From: an uncultured Gammaproteobacteria bacterium
GTDB lineage: Bacteria > Patescibacteriota > Patescibacteriia > Magasanikbacterales > UBA922
Assembly (NCBI GenBank): GCA_964522435.1
Contig: CAZFUL010000002.1
Span: 108,631 to 172,630 of the forward strand
Length of the DNA: 64,000 nucleotides
Direction: 5' to 3'
Shown here: piece by piece, positions 10,138 to 18,772 of the stretch
How the letters are laid out: each line of letters starts with the position of its first letter
Numbering within the stretch: position 1 is the stretch's first letter
Notes under the pieces: model-generated
Databases searched by the model: none
The model's input: only the letters and a program-made list of their open reading frames with translations
What the model was told of the DNA's origin: nothing
Made by a program: the position numbers and the translations under genes

Positions 10138-11184
10138 TTATGTATCTAATAAAATAGGCAAACTCAACACGGTGTTACACAATTGTTCAGAAATAGGAAA
10201 GTCACCTGTTGTATACCCTAAATACGCAAAACAGGGCTGGGTATGTAAGGGTTCAGGATAATAGATCATCGTTGGTATGCCTTGTTCCTCAAATTTGTGT
10301 ATCAACGCATCGCGGTTGGGTACTTGTATGGTGTATTGATTATAACTATGCCCACTTGCCGCAGCAACAAAAGGAATCGTGATATCACTTTCTGAAGAAA
10401 ATTGTTCATCATATTTTTTTGCTTGTGCCTGTCGTGCTGCAATTTCCTTTGGTAGATAGGGAAGTTTTACTCGTAAGATTGCTGCTTGTATAGTATCTAA
10501 TCGAGAATTATGTCCTAACATTTCGTGGTGATATTTTTTTGTCTGTCCTTGTAATTTTAATAAGCGAATTTTTTCAGCAAGCGCTGCATCATTGGTGCTA
10601 ATAGCACCCCCATCACCATAGCAACCTAAATTTTTGGTTGGAAAAAAAGAGAAGGTATTAATATGACCAAATGTACCGCTTTGTTTGCCGTTCCAGGTTG
10701 CCCCAGTACTTTGCGCGCAGTCTTCAATAACAAAAAGATCATGTTCTTTTGCCAGTGTCATGACCTCGTCCATATTCGCCATTTGTCCAAATAAATGTAC
10801 GGGGATAATTGCTTTGGTTTTTGCTGTTATTTTTTTTCTTGCTTCTGCTACATCAAGAGTATATGTTTGTTGATCAACATCACAAAACACGGGTGTTGCG
10901 CCAAGGTGCGCAATAACATTTGCTGTTGCCACATAGGTAAAGGCAGGAACAATGACCTCATCGCCCTGAGTAATACCCAGTGCTTTTAATGCAAGAAAAA
11001 GCGCATCAGTCCCATTTGCACAACTGACAACATGCGGTATTCCCAGATAGTTCGCGAATTCTTGTTCAAATAATTCTACTTCTTCGCCCCCAATAAAAAC
11101 ACCTGCAGATAATACTCGTTGTACTGCGTCGAGAATTGCTTGTTTATAAGGTTTATTGTCTAGTGAGAGGTTTATGAAGTCCAT
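10138..11184 (-). CDS. DegT-family sugar aminotransferase (WbpE-like)
   Basis: 'TFSFFPTKNLGCYGDGGAISTN'. Confidence 0.8.
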   Translation of the reverse strand: MDFINLSLDNKPYKQAILDAVQRVLSAGVFIGGEEVELFEQEFANYLGIPHVVSCANGTDALFLALKALGITQGDEVIVPAFTYVATANVIAHLGATPVFCDVDQQTYTLDVAEARKKITAKTKAIIPVHLFGQMANMDEVMTLAKEHDLFVIEDCAQSTGATWNGKQSGTFGHINTFSFFPTKNLGCYGDGGAISTNDAALAEKIRLLKLQGQTKKYHHEMLGHNSRLDTIQAAILRVKLPYLPKEIAARQAQAKKYDEQFSSESDITIPFVAAASGHSYNQYTIQVPNRDALIHKFEEQGIPTMIYYPEPLHTQPCFAYLGYTTGDFPISEQLCNTVLSLPILLDT

Positions 11185-11253
11185 AGATTAAACGTGTATG
11201 TGGGGTGGTTATTAACCCCCTCCAGCCTCCCCCTTGATAAGGGGGAGAGTTAT

Positions 11254-11745
11254 TTATTTGATTATATTGCCTTCCTCATCTATTTTCCCTTGTACTTTTG
11301 CTGGATTTCCATAGACAAGGGTATAGGGGGGAACATCTTTGGTGACTACTGCGCCTGCGCCAATAAACGCATACTCACCAATGGTAACGCCAGCAACAAT
11401 GGTTGCATTTGCTCCAATGGTCGCTCCTTTTTTTACCAGTGTTTTTTTATAGATACCATGTTTGGGAAAAGCACTGCGGGGATTGCTATCATTGGTAAAG
11501 ACCACACTTGGGCCACAAAATACCTCATCTTCAAGTGTCACGCCTTTGTAGACAGAAACATTATTTTGAATTTTAACCATATTTCCAATGGTAACACCGT
11601 CCGCAACAAACACATTTTGTCCCAACACACAGCTGTGCCCGATTGTCGCGCCAGACATAATGTGAGAGAAATGCCAAATGCTGGTGTTATCGCCAATGCT
11701 GACGTTATCGTCGATAATAGAAGAGGGATGGATAGTGGGGGACAT
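11254..11745 (-). CDS. hexapeptide-repeat sugar N-acetyltransferase (WbpD/PglD-like)
   Basis: Left-handed beta-helix hexapeptide repeats (IGDN, IGHS, IGNM, IGAN, IGEY). 163 aa. Confidence 0.75.
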   Translation of the reverse strand: MSPTIHPSSIIDDNVSIGDNTSIWHFSHIMSGATIGHSCVLGQNVFVADGVTIGNMVKIQNNVSVYKGVTLEDEVFCGPSVVFTNDSNPRSAFPKHGIYKKTLVKKGATIGANATIVAGVTIGEYAFIGAGAVVTKDVPPYTLVYGNPAKVQGKIDEEGNIIK

Positions 11746-11748
11746 ACA

Positions 11749-12657
11749 TTATGTATTTGTTATTTGATTCACTAATGCAATCGCTGGCCGGGCGTCTGCA
11801 ATACGAAAGCCATTTCCTTTCAGTGTTTCTTCATAGACCTTGGTATGTAAATCAGTAAAGCCATCAGAAAATTCCATTTCTTCTCCATCAATGGTAATAG
11901 AACGGTAGGTACGTTGTCCTGTTTGTTGAATCTGTGTTGGTAGGTCATTGCTATCAATAGACAAAAACCAACTCACGGTCGCGTGTTCTAATTCAATAAC
12001 CCCACGCATGCGTTGTTGTTCTGAGAGCTGTACTTCTTGCTGTTGTACGCTACCAAATAACCACAGCATCATATCAAAAAAATGCACCCCAATGTTACTT
12101 GCTAATCCCCCAGATTTTTGGGGATTATTTTTCCAGGATTGTAAGTACCAATTTCCACGAGACGTGACATAGCGAATTTGTACCTGTTTTTTTGAGGCAG
12201 GCGATTGTTTTTTCCACGCCTCTATGTCTTGTTTTATTTTTTGTATCGCAGGATGTACCCGCAATTGTAAAATAGTATAGACCCGTTGTCCTGTTTCTTT
12301 TTCAATTTGTTCAAGGGCGTCTAAACTGTGGAGATCTAAGACAAGTGGTTTTTCACAAATGGCGTCTGCGCCTTGTTGTAGCGCCATGCGAATATGCGCG
12401 TCGTGCAAATAATTGGGTGAACAAATACTGACATAGTGTACGCGTTCAGTTTCACCACGGCGGCGTAAGATATCGAGGTGTTTGGCAAATTGTTCTGCTT
12501 CGGTAAAAAAAGCAGTATTGGGAAACGATTTATCTAAAAAACCCACAGAATCATGGGGATCAAGGGCGGCAACAAGGCGGTTTCCTGTTTGTTGCATGGC
12601 TTCTATATGCCGGGGAGCAATGTACCCAGCAGCGCCGATAAGAGCAAAATTTTTCAT
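11749..12657 (-). CDS. Gfo/Idh/MocA-family NAD-binding oxidoreductase (WbpB-like sugar 3-dehydrogenase)
   Basis: N-terminal Rossmann 'MKNFALIGAAGYIAPRHIEA'. It is first in the operon and followed by an acetyltransferase and an aminotransferase, matching WbpB-WbpD-WbpE logic. Confidence 0.7.
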   Translation of the reverse strand: MKNFALIGAAGYIAPRHIEAMQQTGNRLVAALDPHDSVGFLDKSFPNTAFFTEAEQFAKHLDILRRRGETERVHYVSICSPNYLHDAHIRMALQQGADAICEKPLVLDLHSLDALEQIEKETGQRVYTILQLRVHPAIQKIKQDIEAWKKQSPASKKQVQIRYVTSRGNWYLQSWKNNPQKSGGLASNIGVHFFDMMLWLFGSVQQQEVQLSEQQRMRGVIELEHATVSWFLSIDSNDLPTQIQQTGQRTYRSITIDGEEMEFSDGFTDLHTKVYEETLKGNGFRIADARPAIALVNQITNT

Positions 12658-12842
12658 AAAAAATAATAAAGAAAGGCATTCATGGAATTGCCTCTCTTAG
12701 TCTACCCCAAGCGATTCTCTTTTTCAAGCAAAAATAAAAAATCCCCCTATAGTCATCAAAAAAATATATTGATGAACATAGGGGGATGGGCGCGGGGCAA
12801 GGGTGACGAAGCCTTGCGCGCGCCGAATTGGTAATAAGGGGA

Positions 12843-15437
12843 TTAAGGCTGCAGGTGCAGCCCGCATCCCTCATGATCGTATGCGGACGGGGGGGATGCC
12901 GGGTTGAGGATATCTCGACCCCGGATCAGGTTGCCGCCGGAGTCGTAGTCGAACTCCTGCAGCAGGGTCACCTGACCGTTCCCATTCCGGATACGCAGGG
13001 TGGTGGGCAAGCGGTCGTTCACGTTGACATACGTGAACGTCCACTCAAATTCGGTCCGGCCCAGGTTGTCCTGGACCAGGATGCGGCGGAGGAGATTGGG
13101 GTTGCCCCCGTACTCCCACACCCAGGGGTTCGTGGGAACCCCTTCGCACTCGGTGTTGGCGTACTGGTTCCCACGGGTGGGTCGACCAGCGCCATCAAAG
13201 TTCGTGACCAGCACACAGGTGCCGGCCACAAAGTCGATACGGCGGCTCCAGTAGGTGCCGCCCTGCCCATCACTGACGGGCAGGAATTCTGCGACCACCT
13301 GGCCATTGACCAGGCTCCGACAGGCCATTGCCGGGGCGCGCACCGTCGATGCGGCACAGCCTTGGCACAGGCCCTCGCCGTTTTCGCCGCAGGCACCGCT
13401 GCCCGGCACCCCCAGGGCGCATTGGCCTTGGGGGGGCTGGCAGGGAGCGCCGACGTTGAAGTCTTCGTCGACGGTGCCGTCGCAGTCTTCGTCTTCGGCG
13501 TTGCAGAGCTCGGCCGGAGCCGGGCCGCATTCGCCGCAGGCGTTGACCAGGTTTTCGTCGACGGTGCCGTCGCAGTTGTCGTCGATGTTGTTGCACTGAG
13601 CCCCTTCGGGGCGGGGAGTCACCCCACCCACACAGGCGGCCCAGGCGCCGTTGACGCAGGTCTGCGTGCCTTCGCGGCACGCGCCAACATTGCTCCCGCA
13701 GTTGCGGGTGGTGTCGTTGGCGCAGGCACAGCCCTCATTGGCTGTGCCATCGCAGTCTTCGTCGAGACCTGCTTGGTCGCAGACCTCTTGGGGCACGGGG
13801 CCACAGGCGCCACAGGCGTTGAACACACCTTCGTCGATGTTGCCATTGCAGTTGTTGTCGATCCCGTCGCAGATTTCCGGCTGGGCAGGACCCGGCTGGC
13901 AATCTGCGACGAGTTGACCGTTTTGGCACACCATCTGACCAGCGCTCTCACACGCGCCGGTGCCGCACATCGTGGGACTTGCGGCGATCCCTTCGTCACT
14001 GCGGCCATCGCAGTCGTCATCTTCGTTGTTGCAGATCTCGGGGATGGGTTGCCCCGCACCCGAGCAGGCACCAAAGGTGCCATCCTCGAGACAGACCTGC
14101 ACCCCGGGGGTGCAGCGGCCGACATTCTCGCCGCAGGGGCGGCTTTCATCGGGGGTGCAGCCGCAGACCCCGTCGTCCACGCTGCCGTCACAGTCGTTGT
14201 CAAGGTCGTCGCAGACTTCCTCACCGGGGGCCCCGGCTTGGCAGGCTGCTTCGTAGGCGCCGTTGATACAGCGCCGGTTGACCTCACGTCGGCACTCGCC
14301 GACGCCACAGCTCTCCGGAATGGGAGCTGCGTTTTCGTCGCTGCGGCCATCGCAGTCGTCATCGATGTTGTTGCAGGTCGCATCAGCCGCGGCCGGTTGC
14401 CCAGCCTGGGCATTGCAGACCACGCCGTTGCCGCGGGGATCGCAGACGTTGATCCCGTTGGAGCGACAGGCGCCGACGCCGGCGTTGCAGGCCTGCCCCA
14501 GAGTGGGGAAGCTCTCGTCGATCGTGCCGTCGCAGTCATCATCCAGGCCATTGCAGGTTTCAGCCTGAACGCCCGGACTGACATTGGCGGTGCATTGCTC
14601 GCAGCCGGTCAAAACACCGGCGGCGCATATGCCAGGCAGGCTGCTGTCGCAGCCCGCCTCACCTTGGCCGGGGAACGACTCATCGCTGCGGCCGTCGCAG
14701 TCGTCGTCGAGGCTGTTGCAGGTCTCCTCCCCAGGCATGCCCGGGGTGCAGGAGCGGTTGGTGAAGCCACCTTCGCAGGTGACCGTCCCTTCCGCCCTGC
14801 AGATGCCTTCGCCGCAGAGGATTTCCTCCGGGACGAATTCATCAGGATCGCATTCGCAGTTCTCGTCGACGTCGCCGTCGCAGTCGTTGTCGCGCTCGTC
14901 GCAACCGTCGTCTTCCGACTCCGGCTCGCCAGGCGTACACTCGGGTACGCGCTGCCCATTCAGGCAGACTTGCCGTCCGTTGCGCTGGCAAACGCCTACC
15001 CCGCAGTTGCCTGCAGGAAATGGCTCAAGGTCTTCGTCGACGTTGCCATCGCAGTCGTTGTCTGCGTCATCGCAGCGCTCCGGAGCAGGTCGCTCGACCT
15101 GCTCACACACGAAGGCTCCATCCGCCAGGCAGCGGATGAGGCCAACGTGGCAGACCCCCAAGTTGGGGGTGGTGCAGGGCGCGTCGTGGACACAGGCGGG
15201 CGGCCCTTGGTCAGGGCTGCCATCGGGGCGCGGGGTCTCTGCGTCGGTTTGCGGCTCGCCCAGGTCGGGCGCCGCCCCGTCTTCTTCTACGCCGCTGTCG
15301 GAAGGAGGGGTGATCTGGGCGTCAGCAACGACGCCCGTGTCAGACCCGCCCTGAGGCGGGTCAGGAAAGTCTCCGGGGCAGCCCGTGAGGCTGCCGAGAA
15401 GCAGGGCCCAAAACAGGGCCGTCATGAGGTTCTTCAT
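12843..15437 (-). CDS. GC-rich secreted lipoprotein with about 11 DDDCDG-type cysteine-rich repeats, ending in a YD-repeat start (apparently truncated)
   Basis: ATG start with a signal peptide plus lipobox 'LLGSLTGC'. Repeats run 'CNxxDDDCDGxxDE'. The C-terminus reads '...TLLQEFDYDSGGNLIRG...' and stops exactly at the GC-content boundary. The opposite-strand 918-aa ORF is a GC shadow. Confidence 0.7.
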   Translation of the reverse strand: MKNLMTALFWALLLGSLTGCPGDFPDPPQGGSDTGVVADAQITPPSDSGVEEDGAAPDLGEPQTDAETPRPDGSPDQGPPACVHDAPCTTPNLGVCHVGLIRCLADGAFVCEQVERPAPERCDDADNDCDGNVDEDLEPFPAGNCGVGVCQRNGRQVCLNGQRVPECTPGEPESEDDGCDERDNDCDGDVDENCECDPDEFVPEEILCGEGICRAEGTVTCEGGFTNRSCTPGMPGEETCNSLDDDCDGRSDESFPGQGEAGCDSSLPGICAAGVLTGCEQCTANVSPGVQAETCNGLDDDCDGTIDESFPTLGQACNAGVGACRSNGINVCDPRGNGVVCNAQAGQPAAADATCNNIDDDCDGRSDENAAPIPESCGVGECRREVNRRCINGAYEAACQAGAPGEEVCDDLDNDCDGSVDDGVCGCTPDESRPCGENVGRCTPGVQVCLEDGTFGACSGAGQPIPEICNNEDDDCDGRSDEGIAASPTMCGTGACESAGQMVCQNGQLVADCQPGPAQPEICDGIDNNCNGNIDEGVFNACGACGPVPQEVCDQAGLDEDCDGTANEGCACANDTTRNCGSNVGACREGTQTCVNGAWAACVGGVTPRPEGAQCNNIDDNCDGTVDENLVNACGECGPAPAELCNAEDEDCDGTVDEDFNVGAPCQPPQGQCALGVPGSGACGENGEGLCQGCAASTVRAPAMACRSLVNGQVVAEFLPVSDGQGGTYWSRRIDFVAGTCVLVTNFDGAGRPTRGNQYANTECEGVPTNPWVWEYGGNPNLLRRILVQDNLGRTEFEWTFTYVNVNDRLPTTLRIRNGNGQVTLLQEFDYDSGGNLIRGRDILNPASPPSAYDHEGCGLHLQP

Positions 15438-15855
15438 GGTATGTCTCTCTTTCTCCTCGTATTCGACGAGGGTGTGTGTATGGGTTTGCGTTTACCAGGC
15501 GCTCACCCGGATTCTGTTGCAACAGGCAACAGAGAAAATATAGGGAATACCCTATGCTTTATCTGTTGCCTGTTATGTGTATAGGTATATCTCTTATTGT
15601 AGAGAGCAAGCGCTTCTTTGAGTATACTGTTTTTGTTATCGCAAAAACAGCTTTTTTGCCTAAAGAAAGCTCCTATTTATGCCATAAATAAGCGAATTTG
15701 TCAAGTGGTATAGGTACTCATGCTACAGGGAAAGTGCTTCTTTGTTCCTTCATATCGCCTGTCTGTATCCCTGTGTTTCAAGGGGGAATATATACGTTGC
15801 TCATTACGCAAAAATGCGTTACACTACCCATACTTATTTTTGATGTATATTGTGT

Positions 15856-16752
15856 ATGAACTACCTGGTTACTGGCGGTGCTGGATTTATTGGTTCTCAT
15901 ATTACAGACACCCTACTTGCTCAAGGCCATAAGGTGATTGTGGTCGATAATTTATTATTAGGAAAAAAAGAATTTGTTCAACCACAAGTCCAATTTGAAC
16001 AAGTCGATATTTGTGATTTTGATACCCTACGCTCTTTGATGAATGGGATTGATGGGGTGTTTCATGTTGCTGCAGATCCACGTTTACCTATTTCTATTGA
16101 AAATCCCCGTGCGACCCATGAGAGTAATGTAAACGGTACCCTCAACGTACTCGTTGCGGCAAAAGAAGCTGGCGTGAAAAAAGTGGTGTTTAGTTCAACC
16201 TGCGCGATGTATGAAGATAACCAGCCATTACCTTTGAACGAATTGTCCCGTGTGAATCCAGAAAGTCCCTATGGCTTGCATAAAAAAATAGGCGAGGATT
16301 ATTTGCGCCTCTTTGCAAAGTTGTATGGCTTGAAAACAATTTCTTTGCGCTATTTTAATGTCTATGGTCCAAGAAAAACTGCGGATGGCGGATACCCTAT
16401 GGTGATTCCTATTTTCTTAAAACAACGAGCACAAGGTGTCCCAATGACGATTGTTGGGGATGGAAAACAAACACGAGATTATGTCCATGTGCGTGACGTG
16501 GTACAAGCAAATATCTTAGCCATGAATAGTGACATAGGAGATGGTCGTGTCTTTAATATTGGATCTGGCAGACAAATAAGTGTAAACGAAATTGCCGAGA
16601 TGATTGGTGGAGAAAAAGTGTATTTGCCACAACGTCCCGGAGAAATGCGCTTTATTCAATGTGACGCCGCTGCGGCAAAAGCCGCTTTTGGTTGGGAATC
16701 GACCGTTGTCTTTGAAGAGGGGTTGGAAGAATTAAAAAATCAGGCATCTTAG
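15856..16752 (+). CDS. NAD-dependent epimerase/dehydratase (GalE-like)
   Basis: 'MNYLVTGGAGFIGSH' and YxxxK 'YGLHK'. Confidence 0.8.
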   Translation: MNYLVTGGAGFIGSHITDTLLAQGHKVIVVDNLLLGKKEFVQPQVQFEQVDICDFDTLRSLMNGIDGVFHVAADPRLPISIENPRATHESNVNGTLNVLVAAKEAGVKKVVFSSTCAMYEDNQPLPLNELSRVNPESPYGLHKKIGEDYLRLFAKLYGLKTISLRYFNVYGPRKTADGGYPMVIPIFLKQRAQGVPMTIVGDGKQTRDYVHVRDVVQANILAMNSDIGDGRVFNIGSGRQISVNEIAEMIGGEKVYLPQRPGEMRFIQCDAAAAKAAFGWESTVVFEEGLEELKNQAS

Positions 16753-17600
16753 CCTGATTTTTTTTGCCTCTGTTTCCCGCAGTGTAAGGTATTTAAGAGT
16801 AATCGTGCAACCGTTACTGGGCCCACACCACCAGGGGTTGGCGTAACGTATGCCGCAAGGGCAGCAACACTCTCTATATCTACATCGCCATACATGTTTC
16901 CGTTTTCATCATAATCAACCCCCGCGTCAATAATAATGGCGTCTTTTTTTACCATGCCTGCATTGATTAAGTGTTTTTTTCCTACACCACTAATAATAAT
17001 ATCTGCTTGTGTTGATATTTTTTCTGGATGATCTGTTGTGCTATCAATTACAAACACCCGTGCCCCTTGATGGCGGGCAATAAGTGCCATAGGTTTACCA
17101 ACGAGTACGCCATGACCAAAAATAGCAACGGTTTTATTTGTAAATGACATACCAAGAGCCTCTAAAATAGAGCAAATCGCTCCTGGTGTTGGGGGAAGTA
17201 AGCGCAAGTCACCCTGTGCTAATCGTTGCATCTGTATGTCAGTTAAACAATCAACATCACGGTCAGGGTCAATGGCATTGAGAATCTGTTGTGTATCAAT
17301 ATGCGCGGGAAGGGGGAGCTGTACAATAAGGCCAGAAGGCGCTTGTTGTTGAATGTTTGTTATCTCTTTGAGCAGCGCTTGCTGTGTAATGGTTTCAGGA
17401 AATTCGTATCGAGTAAAAACAATACCACATTCTTTTGCGGCTAATTCTTTTTGTTTTACATAACTGTGAGATGGTTTGTCGTTTCCCACTAATATAACCG
17501 CCAAAGAAACCACCATACCTTGAGCATGGAGTTCTTGCACTTGTTTGGCAATACTTGCGCGTAATTGTTGGGCAATGGCTTTGCCATCAATACGTATCAT
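16749..17600 (-). CDS. folD: bifunctional methylenetetrahydrofolate dehydrogenase/cyclohydrolase
   Basis: 'YVKQKELAAKECGI', 'GKPMALIARHQGARVFV' and 'PGGVGPVTVARLL'. The start is set at the ATG of MIRIDGK. Confidence 0.85.
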   Translation of the reverse strand: MIRIDGKAIAQQLRASIAKQVQELHAQGMVVSLAVILVGNDKPSHSYVKQKELAAKECGIVFTRYEFPETITQQALLKEITNIQQQAPSGLIVQLPLPAHIDTQQILNAIDPDRDVDCLTDIQMQRLAQGDLRLLPPTPGAICSILEALGMSFTNKTVAIFGHGVLVGKPMALIARHQGARVFVIDSTTDHPEKISTQADIIISGVGKKHLINAGMVKKDAIIIDAGVDYDENGNMYGDVDIESVAALAAYVTPTPGGVGPVTVARLLLNTLHCGKQRQKKSG

Positions 17601-17737
17601 AGTCGATATCATCATATCACAGTGTGGTCGAGGGTACCACGAAAAAAGAGAAAAATCAAGATGATCGGCAAAAGAATCAAAATATGTTACCATATAGATA
17701 CCTCATAACCTCGTAAACTAAGATACCATCGTAGCCT

Positions 17738-18772
17738 ATGAAATCCATATCCAATTATTTTGCCACTGCTGTCGAAATGAACGCATCGGATCTTCACTTA
17801 GTGGGGGGATCATTGCCTTATGTTCGTCAACAAGGAGAATTGATTGAATTAGATAAAAAGCCCTTGTCTTCTAAAGAATTAGAAACACAAATTTATTCGC
17901 TGTTAAGTACTGATCAAAAAAAACGTCTTATTGATGAACGGGAATTAGACATGGGCTATGAACAAAAAGGCTCTCGCTTTCGGGTGAACGTGCATTGGCA
18001 AGAAGAATCAATTGGGTTAGCGGCACGTCTCATTCCACAAACCATTCCATCAACAGAAGCCTTGCAGTTTGAAGAAGTATTACAAGAATTACCTCATTTG
18101 CTTGATGGCCTTGTGTTAGTGGTTGGGCCAACTGGGCACGGAAAATCAACCACGCTTGCCTCAATGATTGATCAAATTAATAAAACTCGCAAAGCCCATA
18201 TTGTGACGATTGAAGATCCCATTGAATTTTTATTTCAAGAAGATAAAAGTTTGATTGAACAACGAGAAGTGGGGAGTGATACGCAATCGTTTGCAAACGC
18301 GCTTAAGCATGTGTTGCGGCAAGATCCGGATGTTATTTTGGTAGGAGAAATGCGTGATCCAGAAACCATTGCTACAGTACTCACCGCGGCAGAAACCGGG
18401 CATTTGGTATTTTCTACCTTACATACTTCTTCTGCTGCGGAAGCCATTGAACGTATTGTCGATGTATTTGACGGCGCCAAGCAAAAGCAAGTATTAATTC
18501 AACTCTCTACGGTGTTGCGTGCGGTGGTTGCGCAACAATTACTTCCTGCGGTAGATGGCACACGGGTGGCTGCTCGCGAAGTATTGATTAATACCCCTGC
18601 GGTGGCGAACCTGATTCGAGAAAATAATGTCGCCCATATTCCGAGTGTGATTCAAACCAATGCCAAAGACGGCATGATTCCTATGGATACCTCGATAAAA
18701 AATTTGTTGAAACAAAATCTTATTAGTAAAGAAATTGCCGAAAAACGCATGGGACGACAACGAAAGATATGA
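17738..18772 (+). CDS. pilT: type IV pilus retraction ATPase PilT
   Basis: Walker A 'GPTGHGKSTT'. The overall PilT/PilU layout is present, ending 'ISKEIAEKRMG'. Confidence 0.85.
   Translation: MKSISNYFATAVEMNASDLHLVGGSLPYVRQQGELIELDKKPLSSKELETQIYSLLSTDQKKRLIDERELDMGYEQKGSRFRVNVHWQEESIGLAARLIPQTIPSTEALQFEEVLQELPHLLDGLVLVVGPTGHGKSTTLASMIDQINKTRKAHIVTIEDPIEFLFQEDKSLIEQREVGSDTQSFANALKHVLRQDPDVILVGEMRDPETIATVLTAAETGHLVFSTLHTSSAAEAIERIVDVFDGAKQKQVLIQLSTVLRAVVAQQLLPAVDGTRVAAREVLINTPAVANLIRENNVAHIPSVIQTNAKDGMIPMDTSIKNLLKQNLISKEIAEKRMGRQRKI

Noticed and set aside
11194-11775. 193-aa + strand ORF
   Set aside because: It is fully antisense to the hexapeptide acetyltransferase gene, and its Cys/Asn-rich sequence shows no motif. 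It is a shadow ORF.
12828-15584. 918-aa + strand ORF, plus about 15 other 60-320-aa ORFs on both strands between 13.0 and 15.4 kb
   Set aside because: These are long open frames expected in 65-70% GC DNA. They lack start context and protein-like composition (Ala/Arg/Pro/Gly runs). The minus-strand ORF with signal peptide, lipobox and regular Cys repeats explains the region.
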